Assembly: GCA_043800705.1 (NCBI GenBank)
Contig: JAZDMS010000024.1
Span: 1-64,000, forward strand
Source: Candidatus Altiarchaeota archaeon
GTDB taxonomy: Archaea > Altiarchaeota > Altiarchaeia > IMC4 > SCGC-AAA252-I15
Direction: 5' to 3'
Length of the DNA: 64,000 nt
Shown: positions 39,112-48,524 of the stretch, piece by piece
How positions within the stretch are numbered: position 1 is the stretch's first letter
Layout of the letters: every line of letters begins with the position of its first letter
Notes under the pieces: model-generated
What the model was told of the DNA's origin: nothing
Databases searched by the model: none
What the model saw: the letters and a program-made list of their open reading frames with translations, nothing else
Translations under genes and position numbers: made by a program

Positions 39112-40266
39112 ATGCCAAAACCCATCCGGACCCCCTACCACAGCTGGCGCATCGGCAGGCTCCCAGACGGCTGCAGAAGCTGCGTGAAGGGCGCCAAATT
39201 GGTGCTTTTTGCGACCGGAGTCTGCGGCATGAGGTGCTGGTACTGCCCCATCTCAGAACGGAAAAATGGCAGGGACGTCGTCGTCGCCAACGAGTGGTGG
39301 GTGAAGAAGGACTCTGAGATACTGCAGGAGGCAAGGCTCATCGGGGCCGAAGGCGCCGGCATAACCGGCGGAGATCCGCTATGCAGACTCGATCGGACCA
39401 TCCGGTACATAAGGCTCCTAAAGAAGGCGTTCGGTAAAAAGTTCCACATCCACCTGTATGCGCCGACGACGCACACCACCGCCAATGCTCTGGCCAGACT
39501 ACATAAGGCAGGCCTAGACGAGATCAGGTTTCACCCCTGGTTCCTGGAGGGGAAGCCCCGCCTTGAGCCCATCGCCGAGGCCCTCAGGTACGACTGGGAC
39601 GTGGGGTGCGAGATACCGGTGATCCCGGGACGCTACAGGGAGACCGTAGAAGTCATAAAGTCCGTCGACAACGTAGGCGTAAAGTTCCTTAACCTCAACC
39701 AGTTCGAGGTATCGGAGACGAACGCGAAGGCCATGCAGGAACGGGGATACGAGGCAGAAAGTGACGAGTCCTTCGCAGTGAAGGGCAGCGGCCGGATGGC
39801 TATAAAGCTGCTGGAATACTGCGCCAAGAACACGAAAATCAGGGTCCACTACTGCACGGTCACGCTGAAGGACAGGGTCCAGCTGAGGAACAGGCTGAAG
39901 CGCAGGGCAAAGAACGTCGCCGAAGAATACGACATAGTCACCGACGAAGGCCTCCTCATCAGGGGAGCCGTTTACCTGAAGGAGACCGTTCCCTCGTTCG
40001 GATACCATGACGCCATCAATGGACTGAAAGGGCAAAAGAGGCTGAAGCTCAGAAGGAAGCTTGACCTGGCCAGGCGGAGACTGAAAAAAGACTACGGCGT
40101 AGGGTCCCCCCTCATGGAGGTGGATGACAAGAGGCTGCGCATCCTCACAGGCGCGTGGATTGTTGAGGAGCTTGCGCAGGAGATAAAGGACATGGGACTG
40201 AAGCCTGCCGTCGTCGAAGAGTATCCCACATGGGATGCGCTCATCACGGACTTTAAGGCACTGTGA
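39112..40266 (+). CDS. Archaeal radical SAM protein (uncharacterised, COG2108-like)
   Basis: GC..C..GAK.VLF.TG, CGMRCWYC, GITGGDP, HIHLY, DEIRFHP, VEEYPT. Confidence 0.88.
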   Translation: MPKPIRTPYHSWRIGRLPDGCRSCVKGAKLVLFATGVCGMRCWYCPISERKNGRDVVVANEWWVKKDSEILQEARLIGAEGAGITGGDPLCRLDRTIRYIRLLKKAFGKKFHIHLYAPTTHTTANALARLHKAGLDEIRFHPWFLEGKPRLEPIAEALRYDWDVGCEIPVIPGRYRETVEVIKSVDNVGVKFLNLNQFEVSETNAKAMQERGYEAESDESFAVKGSGRMAIKLLEYCAKNTKIRVHYCTVTLKDRVQLRNRLKRRAKNVAEEYDIVTDEGLLIRGAVYLKETVPSFGYHDAINGLKGQKRLKLRRKLDLARRRLKKDYGVGSPLMEVDDKRLRILTGAWIVEELAQEIKDMGLKPAVVEEYPTWDALITDFKAL

Positions 40267-40282
40267 CGTATACTATGAGAAG

Positions 40283-41425
40283 ATGGCCGACAAACGCGAC
40301 TATTATGTTGTTTTGGGCCTGGAGAAGGGCGCCGGCGACGACGACATAAAGAGGGCTTACAGGAGGCTGGCGAAACAGTTCCACCCCGACGTCAACAAGG
40401 CGCCGGAGGCGGAGGAAAAATTCAAGGAACTGTCCGAGGCCTACGAAGTCCTAATCGACAAGGACAAGAGGGCCAACTACGACAGGTTAGGCCACCAGGG
40501 CGTCAACTTCGGGGAGCAGGGATTCAACTGGCAGAACTTCAGCCACTTCAACGACATAGAGGACCTGTTCACAAACAGCGACTTCTTCGGCAGGAACATG
40601 TTCGACATGTTCTTCGGCCAGGGCGGAGGATATGGACGTCAGCCAGCCGGATCGGTCAGGGGAACAGACATCAGATACGACATCGACCTGACGCTAGAGG
40701 AAGAGGCCGCGGGAGCGGACAAGAAGGTAAGGGTCACGAGGTATGAAAGATGCCCGGACTGTAGGGGGACGGGCTCGAATAGCGGCGCCCAGAAGACCTG
40801 CCCCGAATGCAGGGGAAGAGGCCAGGTGACGAGGCAGCAGAGGACGCCTTTCGGCATGTTCATGGCGACGACCGCCTGCGGCAAATGCGGCGGACGAGGA
40901 AAGGTCGTCGAAGACCCGTGTGCCGGCTGCAGGGGTGACGGGATAGTCGAAAAGTCCAGGGAAATCGACGTCTCCATACCTAGGGGGATAAGCGACGGAA
41001 ACCACCTGAGGCTTAGGGGCGAAGGGAACGCAGGCCCGTACGGGGGGCAGAACGGCGACCTGTATGTTGTCATCCACGAGACCGAACACCCGATCTTCAC
41101 GAGGCACGGAGACGACGTCCTATGCGAGATACCGCTGACCGTCACGCAGGCAGCCCTGGGGACGGAACTGGATGTTCCGACCATCGGCGGCAAAGCGAAG
41201 CTCAAAGTGCCGGCAGGCACACAAAGCCATACCGTTTTCAGGCTCCGGGGGCAAGGCCTGCCGAGGCTCAGAGGCTCGGGGAGGGGGGACGAGCATGTGA
41301 GGGTCGTCGTGGAGATCCCGAAGAAGCTCTCCAGGCAGCAGAGGGAGGCATATGAGTCGCTCGCCAAGGTGGAGGACAAACCCGGCGGGAACATCTGGGA
41401 CAGGATAAAGGACGCCATCGGATGA
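40283..41425 (+). CDS. dnaJ: Chaperone DnaJ
   Basis: J domain with HPD, G/F region, four CxxCxGxG repeats. Confidence 0.97.
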   Translation: MADKRDYYVVLGLEKGAGDDDIKRAYRRLAKQFHPDVNKAPEAEEKFKELSEAYEVLIDKDKRANYDRLGHQGVNFGEQGFNWQNFSHFNDIEDLFTNSDFFGRNMFDMFFGQGGGYGRQPAGSVRGTDIRYDIDLTLEEEAAGADKKVRVTRYERCPDCRGTGSNSGAQKTCPECRGRGQVTRQQRTPFGMFMATTACGKCGGRGKVVEDPCAGCRGDGIVEKSREIDVSIPRGISDGNHLRLRGEGNAGPYGGQNGDLYVVIHETEHPIFTRHGDDVLCEIPLTVTQAALGTELDVPTIGGKAKLKVPAGTQSHTVFRLRGQGLPRLRGSGRGDEHVRVVVEIPKKLSRQQREAYESLAKVEDKPGGNIWDRIKDAIG

Positions 41426-41490
41426 TGCCCGAACGGATTTAATAACATCCAGGTACTCTCAGTTACCTCACCGAGGGTGAGGGAGAAAAG

Positions 41491-43746
41491 ATGAAACTGA
41501 GCAGTATGAATGCATTTTTGATATCCGGAATAATATTATATGCTTGCCTGACACCGGCTTCAGCCCTGTCGAGCAACTCCAATCTCGGCTTGAGCAACCT
41601 CCAACTTGTCACGACGACCACGACCCTAAAGAGCTCCCTGGCAAGCGACATCGCCAGACAGAATATCAAGCCCCTGCTGGACTGCCCCGACGTCGAATGG
41701 AAGAAAGAAGACTGCCACGTCCAGGGCATGAACTACACCACATCCACCGACAAGGACGGATGCCCGGTGATCTACTGCGTATACAATGCGGCGACGACGC
41801 TGCGCATAATCAAGCCGATTCCTCTCCTAGTCACGACGACGACAGTGCCCCCCCAATGCCCCGACGCCGATGCGGCAATCAAGGCATGCGCCGCGAAAGG
41901 CCTGGGATACTCCAAATACTACACGGGGGCATGCACGATGATACAGTGCGCGCAGACAACGTCGACCACGGTGTCGGGCGGAAACTGCCCCGACGTCCAG
42001 AGCCAGATGGAGGAATGCAAAGCCAAAGGGGGGCAGATCAGCCGAAGATACGACGAGAACAAGTGCGTCGTCATTGACTGCACGACCCAGACGGGTACGG
42101 ACTGCCCAGCCGCCGCTGACATCGAGAGGACAATCTCAGGATGCAAGGAGAAGGGCCTCGACTACGTCACCTACGAGAAGGGCGGGTGCAGGTACGCCGA
42201 ATGCGTGCAGCCCACAAACTGCCCAAGCGAAGGCGACCTCGAGTATGCGATCAGAAAATGCAAGGCCGCAGGCAAGGATTACCAGACCTACGCGGACCAG
42301 AACGGCTGCAGGCAGGTGAAGTGCGTCTCTCAGACGCCATGCCCTACAGACGAAGATAACAAGAGGAGGATCGAGGAATGCAGAAAGGAGGGGAAGGGCT
42401 ACGCGATGGTACCCACGGGCGCCGCCTCAACCTATGCGGTCGCCTACATTCCGTGTTATAGGGTTGAGTGCGTCGACGGCAATCCGGTGTGCCCATCCAT
42501 AAAGGACGACATCGAAGCCTGCAGGAAACAGGGCGCAGAGTTCGAATACTACGTCGACGAGAACAAATGCGAGAGGGCGAGGTGCCTGCCCAAACCCGAC
42601 GGATGCCCACCCAACTGCCCCACCGACGACGAACTGAAGGAGATGATCCTCAAATGCGAAGCCAACGGGATGGGTTACGAATTCTACACGGGAACGCCTA
42701 CGACCGCCGCACTGTTGGCCCAGACGTCGCAGAGCTGTCGCAGGGTCAGGTGCGTCCAGAAGGCATGCCCGTCCGATGCGGAACTCGAGAGGATCGCAAA
42801 GGACTGCGCGGCCAAGAAGCTCCAAGCCCAGACTTACGAGGGCGAAGACGGCTGCAAATACATGCGTTGCACCCAGGCTAGAGACTGCCCGCCCTACGAG
42901 GTCACGGACGAGATCGTGAAGGCATGCAGGGAGAAGAAGCTCGATGTCGAATCCTACGTCGACGAGAAAGGGTGCAAGAACGTCCGATGCAGGGAGCCCG
43001 ACAGTGTACCGGCGGTCGAATGCAGGAAGACGCTCAAAGGAGACTGCGTGATAGTCTCATGCAGCGACGGATACACTTTCGACAGCTGCAACCCTCAGGG
43101 CGTATGCCCCCAGGTGGAGTGCAAGAGGTTCAAGGACGAGAAGGGCTGCATGATCAAGCGATGCACCGACGGATCGGGAAGTCGCGAATGCCCCGACCAG
43201 GGCACGCCGGTAGAGTGCGAGATCGTGAAGAGGGACGACGGATGCCTCGTGAAGAAATGCTCCGACGGCAAGGAATACGTCAGCTGCCCGACGAGCACCG
43301 ACTGCAGGGACTACGTCGACGATAAAGGCTGCAAGGTCCGCGAATGCGCGGACGGCACGAAGGAGCGCGTATGCCCCGACGGCAGCCAGGAGCTCGAATG
43401 CAAGGTATACACCGACGCTGCAGGATGCCAGATAAAGGAGTGCACCAACGGCTACATGGACTCAACATGCGACAAGGCGCCCTCATGCAAGGAAAGCAAA
43501 GAAGGCGACTGTACGGTCAAGACATGCGATGACGGATCCGTGACAAAGGACTGCCCAAAGGGCGAAGACGTCGAATGCAGGACATATATGTCAGACGACG
43601 GCTGCAAGGTGACGGTATGCACCGACGGCAAAGAGGACAAAGTCTGCTCCGACATGGGAACGACCACGACGAGCCTGCGGTCCGGGCAGGAGCCGACCCA
43701 GGCAGGCGGCTGGCTCAGCGGATTCGTCAGGAGCCTTGGATTATGA
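41491..43746 (+). CDS. Secreted, extremely Cys-rich repeat protein
   Basis: Signal peptide; repeats CP...C(K/R)..G..Y..Y.D..GC....C, then EC...D..GC.(I/V)K.C.DG....C. Confidence 0.85.
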   Translation: MKLSSMNAFLISGIILYACLTPASALSSNSNLGLSNLQLVTTTTTLKSSLASDIARQNIKPLLDCPDVEWKKEDCHVQGMNYTTSTDKDGCPVIYCVYNAATTLRIIKPIPLLVTTTTVPPQCPDADAAIKACAAKGLGYSKYYTGACTMIQCAQTTSTTVSGGNCPDVQSQMEECKAKGGQISRRYDENKCVVIDCTTQTGTDCPAAADIERTISGCKEKGLDYVTYEKGGCRYAECVQPTNCPSEGDLEYAIRKCKAAGKDYQTYADQNGCRQVKCVSQTPCPTDEDNKRRIEECRKEGKGYAMVPTGAASTYAVAYIPCYRVECVDGNPVCPSIKDDIEACRKQGAEFEYYVDENKCERARCLPKPDGCPPNCPTDDELKEMILKCEANGMGYEFYTGTPTTAALLAQTSQSCRRVRCVQKACPSDAELERIAKDCAAKKLQAQTYEGEDGCKYMRCTQARDCPPYEVTDEIVKACREKKLDVESYVDEKGCKNVRCREPDSVPAVECRKTLKGDCVIVSCSDGYTFDSCNPQGVCPQVECKRFKDEKGCMIKRCTDGSGSRECPDQGTPVECEIVKRDDGCLVKKCSDGKEYVSCPTSTDCRDYVDDKGCKVRECADGTKERVCPDGSQELECKVYTDAAGCQIKECTNGYMDSTCDKAPSCKESKEGDCTVKTCDDGSVTKDCPKGEDVECRTYMSDDGCKVTVCTDGKEDKVCSDMGTTTTSLRSGQEPTQAGGWLSGFVRSLGL

Positions 43747-43807
43747 GGCACTGGGGGGAAACACCCCCCATAAACCTTTTTTAAACCAAGTTCTTAATTA
43801 TAACCAT

Positions 43808-45316
43808 ATGAGGAGCCTAGCATATTCTGTTTTTCTTATGCTTACATTGGCATCCTTTGCACATGCCGACAGCTCGGTCCTTTTCAACGTAACGGGCGTC
43901 GTCATATACCCGCAGAACGGAGGCCTCATATTAGCAGATGCCACAGTCCCGGGAGGCGGCTATTATAGCACGGTGCTTCCCCCGAACATCCTAAGAGATT
44001 CCATTAGGATAGATGACTCCGGCGGAGTCAGGATGATAAGAGCCAGGGACGAGCCAGAAAGCCGATACCAAGGGGTAGGGGGTGGCAATAAAATACCGGT
44101 CTACGAAATCCTATCGAAACAGAGGGGTAAAATCGTCAGCTTCGAGACAGCACGGGGGGAATACGAGGGAATGCTGACCTGGTTCGATGAGTCTTCAGGA
44201 TTCATGGTCTTGGAGAACGCCACATACACGCTCTCCCGCGCCGACACAAAGGAACCGCGGAAGGCTGCGTACCTAAGCCTTCAGGCGGGAGAAGTCCTCA
44301 GCCTCCTGCTGAATAGCAGGCCAGCCATGCCCGAGCCTGCAACGACAACCACTTTGGAGATGTACAATCGACAGGATTTTTCAAGGACGAGGGTTTCATG
44401 GGAGAGCGGGGCTTCGACACCTCACCCCGCAAAGCTTTCGTACATGAGTTCAGGCCTATCCTGGAAGCCGCAGTTCTACCTGGACATCACAGGCACAGGG
44501 GGGAACATGACTAGGTTCAGTTTCTGGGCGCAGGCGACAAACGGCATGGGTGTAAACCTCTCGGGAATCCGGCTAAGGCTGGTCGCAGGCAACATCAATA
44601 TCATACAGAGCGGGTATCTGAGAGACGAGGAATGGATGAGCATGACACAGAACGCCGTAGGCAACGTCTATGAGATGAGGGCCGGCTCACCCGGCATCCC
44701 AAGCACTGTCAAAGTCGAGGAATACGAGGTCTACGACTTCCCCGGCTACGCCGACTTGGGAGCCGGCGAAACGCAATACCTTCCAGTCTTCAACGACTAC
44801 GTCACCTACGAGAAAGAATACGTATGGGACGCACGGACAAGCATCAATTGGTACGGCTACTCGAGCTACGACTCCGATGACAAAACAGGGAAGGTCCAAA
44901 AGATCTACAGGGTAAAAAACGATGGCAGGACATGGCCATACGGCGTCGTTTCAGTCTTCGAGAACGGAATGCTGACAGGCCAGGATACTATCAGCTGGAC
45001 TCCGAAGGGCAGCGAAGCAAAGGTGACCGTCGGATATGCGCCAGACATAGAAGTCAAACGTAGGGAGACAGTGAAGGCGTTTTATAGTTATGGTCACGGA
45101 TCCGACCAGGATTACAGGCATACCGCCACGCTGAAATTGAAGAACTACAAAACCGAGCCGGCGAAGGTCCTTGTTATGGACCAATTCCCGCAAAACGCCC
45201 AGAATTTCACCTCAAGCGAACGATACGATGAGAAACCTGGGAACCTGATGTATTGGACGGTCGAACTCAGCCCCGGCCAACAAAAGGAGATAACTTACAA
45301 CTACATAACCGAGTGA
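43808..45316 (+). CDS. DUF4139 domain exported protein
   Basis: Signal peptide; LSYMSSGLSW, LRLVAG, G.DIEV.R, L.LKNYK, V.DQFP, W.VEL.PG. Confidence 0.8.
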   Translation: MRSLAYSVFLMLTLASFAHADSSVLFNVTGVVIYPQNGGLILADATVPGGGYYSTVLPPNILRDSIRIDDSGGVRMIRARDEPESRYQGVGGGNKIPVYEILSKQRGKIVSFETARGEYEGMLTWFDESSGFMVLENATYTLSRADTKEPRKAAYLSLQAGEVLSLLLNSRPAMPEPATTTTLEMYNRQDFSRTRVSWESGASTPHPAKLSYMSSGLSWKPQFYLDITGTGGNMTRFSFWAQATNGMGVNLSGIRLRLVAGNINIIQSGYLRDEEWMSMTQNAVGNVYEMRAGSPGIPSTVKVEEYEVYDFPGYADLGAGETQYLPVFNDYVTYEKEYVWDARTSINWYGYSSYDSDDKTGKVQKIYRVKNDGRTWPYGVVSVFENGMLTGQDTISWTPKGSEAKVTVGYAPDIEVKRRETVKAFYSYGHGSDQDYRHTATLKLKNYKTEPAKVLVMDQFPQNAQNFTSSERYDEKPGNLMYWTVELSPGQQKEITYNYITE

Positions 45317-45357
45317 ACAAGCAGCATTTATCCCCCTGAATTCTGATATATCGGACA

Positions 45358-45858
45358 ATGGAAGAGCCCAGCATCGACGAGCTAAACCTTCGCATTCGAG
45401 AGGAATTCGCCCGCCTCAACGCAGAGCGCTTCGGCGGCGAACTAGGGGAACACAGTCTCAGGTTCAGCCCGAACCAGGTCCGCACACACGGATGCATAAA
45501 CTTCAGGCTCAGGAAGATAACCATCTCGCTCCCGATGTACGAGCAGCACGGATGGGATGCGGTCGTCGACACCCTCCTGCACGAGATGACCCACGCCCTC
45601 CTGCACCAGAGAGGCAGCCACGACAGGCACACGAAACTCTTCTACAGGGAACTCATCGCCCGCGGAGGCACGAGGCAGAAAAAAGACGTCAAACCCAGGA
45701 AGGCGTATGTCTACGCCTGCCCCACATGCGGCCGGGAGTTCGAGCGCATGAGGAAGCTCAAGAGGCCGTGGGCAAGAAGCTGCGCAGCCTGCGACCACAG
45801 ATACAACCCCAGACACAGGCTGTATTTGAAGAGGGACAGGAGCCAGGATGTTCTGTAG
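45358..45858 (+). CDS. SprT-like zinc metalloprotease with zinc ribbon
   Basis: TLLHEMTH, H...F, YACPTC, CAAC. Confidence 0.9.
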   Translation: MEEPSIDELNLRIREEFARLNAERFGGELGEHSLRFSPNQVRTHGCINFRLRKITISLPMYEQHGWDAVVDTLLHEMTHALLHQRGSHDRHTKLFYRELIARGGTRQKKDVKPRKAYVYACPTCGREFERMRKLKRPWARSCAACDHRYNPRHRLYLKRDRSQDVL

Positions 45859-45879
45859 ACCGGATAGGACACCGTTTGA

Positions 45880-46437
45880 TTAATCTTTCCTGGACAGCTT
45901 CATCCCTTGGAGGACCAAGTCTGGCGGTTTTTCCAGCGAAGGAATGCGTTCCCTTGATATGAAGGCCTCGCCCATGACGGTATCCCCCTTCTCCGTCGGC
46001 TTCAGGAGGATGCTTATCTCTTTATCCCCCAATTTGAAACCGACCACCATGCCATTGTAATCCTGCGGCGCAGAGAAACGTATCCTTATACCGGACATGG
46101 AGTCCGGTGATTCCGGGTATTTTTCCGGGAGGACATCGGCTTCGAACCCCCTATGAGCCCAGTGTATCGAGCCGTCCTGTTTGAGCGCCCAATTCCCCTT
46201 TTTCTCCTGGACGACCACCGTCCATGACGATTCCGACCGGTCCGAGAGATTCTCGGCCAGGACCACGCCGGCCAATACCCTATTGGCCTTGTCTAAGGCG
46301 ACTTTGCCGGGCGACCAGAGACGTTCACCAGCTACGCCGGTTTCAGCTTCAAACTGCTTAAGCCGCTGTCCATCCGACATTTCCGCGATATGCCTATCGT
46401 ATTTGGGGATTGCCGCTATCTGCCGTCTCTGCGCCAT
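45880..46437 (-). CDS. Orphan hypothetical protein
   Basis: 185-aa ORF filling the gap between sprT and fbp. Confidence 0.6.
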   Translation of the reverse strand: MAQRRQIAAIPKYDRHIAEMSDGQRLKQFEAETGVAGERLWSPGKVALDKANRVLAGVVLAENLSDRSESSWTVVVQEKKGNWALKQDGSIHWAHRGFEADVLPEKYPESPDSMSGIRIRFSAPQDYNGMVVGFKLGDKEISILLKPTEKGDTVMGEAFISRERIPSLEKPPDLVLQGMKLSRKD

Positions 46438-46509
46438 CTGTATCGCTTAATACAAAGTATTTTGGATTTAAATTCACATAGGGCCATTTAGTAAAACACA
46501 TCTGGGGTG

Positions 46510-47451
46510 ATGAATTTGGATAAAATCGTTACGCTTAAGGACTTTCTGACGACGCAGAAGATAGACAAGGATCTGGCTGAATTGATACTGCTGATAACCT
46601 CCCAGACCATCCCGATCAGGGAGGAATTCCCGCACAGGCTAGGGGAGGCTGGAACCAAGAACAAGTACGGCGAAGAGCAAAAGGCCCTCGATGTTTGGGT
46701 CAACGACCTTCTCACGAAAAAGATGATAGAGTCCGGCCTTGTGAAGACGGTCGTCAGCGAGGAGCTGCCCGACATCGTCACGAGCCCAGACAAGAAGGGC
46801 AAATTCAACGTCGCCATGGACCCACTCGACGGGTCCTCGAACGTCAAGAGCAACAACCTCTTCGGGACGATAGTCGGCGTATACAAGAGCTCCGACAAGA
46901 TCGGCAAGGGCAGGAAGCAGATTGCGGCGTTCTACAAGCTATACGGCCCCAACACGACACTGACCATAGGGACAGGGGACGGGGTCCACGAGTTCGTGAA
47001 AGGGCGGAAAACCACGCAGGAATTCTTCCTCTACAAGAGCGACGTAACCTTCCCGGAGCCGAAGATATACGGCGTCGGCGAGAACCCGGAGAGATGGATT
47101 CCCGAGTTCTCACTTTTCGTCACGCTCCTTCGAAGCAAGGGCTTGAAATTGCGTTACGGAGGAAGCTTCGTCGGCGACTTCAACCAGATACTCCACCAGG
47201 GAGGATTCTTCGGATACCCGGCCACATTGGACAAGCCGAAGGGCAAGCTGAGGCTCGTGTTCGAAGGCAACCCTATGGCTTACATAGCGGAGCATGCGGG
47301 GGGCAGCTCAAGCTGCGGCAGCAAGAACCTCCTCGATATAGACCCCATAAACATAGACTCTAGAATCCCGATCTACGTAGGCAACAAGGAGCTCATCCAG
47401 AGCCTCGAAGACATATTCAGGGCAGCCAAGGAGGCGAGGGAGTACTATTAA
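46510..47451 (+). CDS. fbp: Class I fructose-1,6-bisphosphatase
   Basis: N.YGEEQKALD, VSEE, DPLDGSSN, RYGGSFVGD, KLRLVFEGNP. Confidence 0.95.
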   Translation: MNLDKIVTLKDFLTTQKIDKDLAELILLITSQTIPIREEFPHRLGEAGTKNKYGEEQKALDVWVNDLLTKKMIESGLVKTVVSEELPDIVTSPDKKGKFNVAMDPLDGSSNVKSNNLFGTIVGVYKSSDKIGKGRKQIAAFYKLYGPNTTLTIGTGDGVHEFVKGRKTTQEFFLYKSDVTFPEPKIYGVGENPERWIPEFSLFVTLLRSKGLKLRYGGSFVGDFNQILHQGGFFGYPATLDKPKGKLRLVFEGNPMAYIAEHAGGSSSCGSKNLLDIDPINIDSRIPIYVGNKELIQSLEDIFRAAKEAREYY

Positions 47452-47452
47452 G

Positions 47453-48475
47453 ATGAGGGTCGGAGTATTGACCGGCGGAGGAGACTGCCCGGGGCTGAAC
47501 GCAGCCTTGAGGGCGGTCGTCAGAAAGGGCATCAAAGACTACGGGATGGAGTTCGTCGGCGTCAAGGACGGCTGGAAAGGCCTCCTCGAAGCAGACGCGA
47601 TACCCTTGAACCGTGAGATTATCAGGGGCCTGCTTGTACGCGGCGGGACGATACTCGGCTCAACGCCCCATGCCATTTTCAAGGGGGACATAAGCACTGA
47701 AAAGCTGAAGGACGGGTATAACAAGCTCCACCTGGACGCCCTCATCGTCATAGGCGGCGACGAGACCTTGAACGCGGCAAGGAAGCTCAACGACGCCGGG
47801 CTGAAGGTCGTAGGCATCCCAAAGACGATAGATAATGACCTACTAGGCACCGAGCGCACCATCGGATTCAGCACCGCCCTCACAGTGGCAGTCGAAGCCA
47901 TAGACCGCCTCCACACGACTGCGGAATCACACCACAGGGTCATGATCGTCGAGGTCATGGGCCGCCACGCAGGCTGGATAGCCACCATGTCCGGAATCGC
48001 CGGAGGAGCCGACATGATCCTCATACCCGAGCGGCCGTTCGACATCGACGAAATCTGCGAGGTCATCAGGAGGAGGCACCAGACCAAAAACTTTACGATT
48101 GTCGTCGTCGCGGAAGGGGCCTTCCAGCGCGGTGGTAAGGAGGTCACCAACGACGAAGAGAAGGACGCATTCGGGTACGCCACCCTCGGAGGCGTCGCCA
48201 ACTGGCTCAAGAAGGAGATCAGGACGAGGACTGGATTCGACACCAGGGCGACCATCCTCGGCCACGTGCAACGAGGCGGCACGCCCACACCCGAAGACAG
48301 GATACTGGCCACTAGGTTCGGAGTCACCGCAGTCAAGATGGTGGCGGAAGGATGGTTCGGAGTCATGGTAGCCCTCCGCGGAGATGAGATAATAACGATA
48401 CCCCTGAAAGAGGCAATCAAAGACCGTGTGGTCGACGACGACTGGTACAGCATAGCTGAGACGTTCTTCGACTGA
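47453..48475 (+). CDS. pfkA: PfkA-family phosphofructokinase (group III-like)
   Basis: TGGGDCPGLN, GGTILG, GGDET, PKTIDND, EVMGR, LGHVQRGG. Confidence 0.95.
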   Translation: MRVGVLTGGGDCPGLNAALRAVVRKGIKDYGMEFVGVKDGWKGLLEADAIPLNREIIRGLLVRGGTILGSTPHAIFKGDISTEKLKDGYNKLHLDALIVIGGDETLNAARKLNDAGLKVVGIPKTIDNDLLGTERTIGFSTALTVAVEAIDRLHTTAESHHRVMIVEVMGRHAGWIATMSGIAGGADMILIPERPFDIDEICEVIRRRHQTKNFTIVVVAEGAFQRGGKEVTNDEEKDAFGYATLGGVANWLKKEIRTRTGFDTRATILGHVQRGGTPTPEDRILATRFGVTAVKMVAEGWFGVMVALRGDEIITIPLKEAIKDRVVDDDWYSIAETFFD

Positions 48476-48524
48476 AAAAACGACTAACGCCGCATTTTTT
48501 AAAACCAGAGGCCATTACATTTAC

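Noticed and set aside
39106-39114. dnaK TAG in frame with the radical SAM ATG (possible readthrough fusion)
   Set aside because: DnaK ends with its normal VVDADF tail; an in-frame 3-nt gap is expected by chance.
37369-39141. 590-aa antisense ORF opposite dnaK
   Set aside because: Well-known shadow ORF arising from codon bias in GC-rich dnaK genes; no independent motifs. The same applies to the many other overlapping ORFs in the track.
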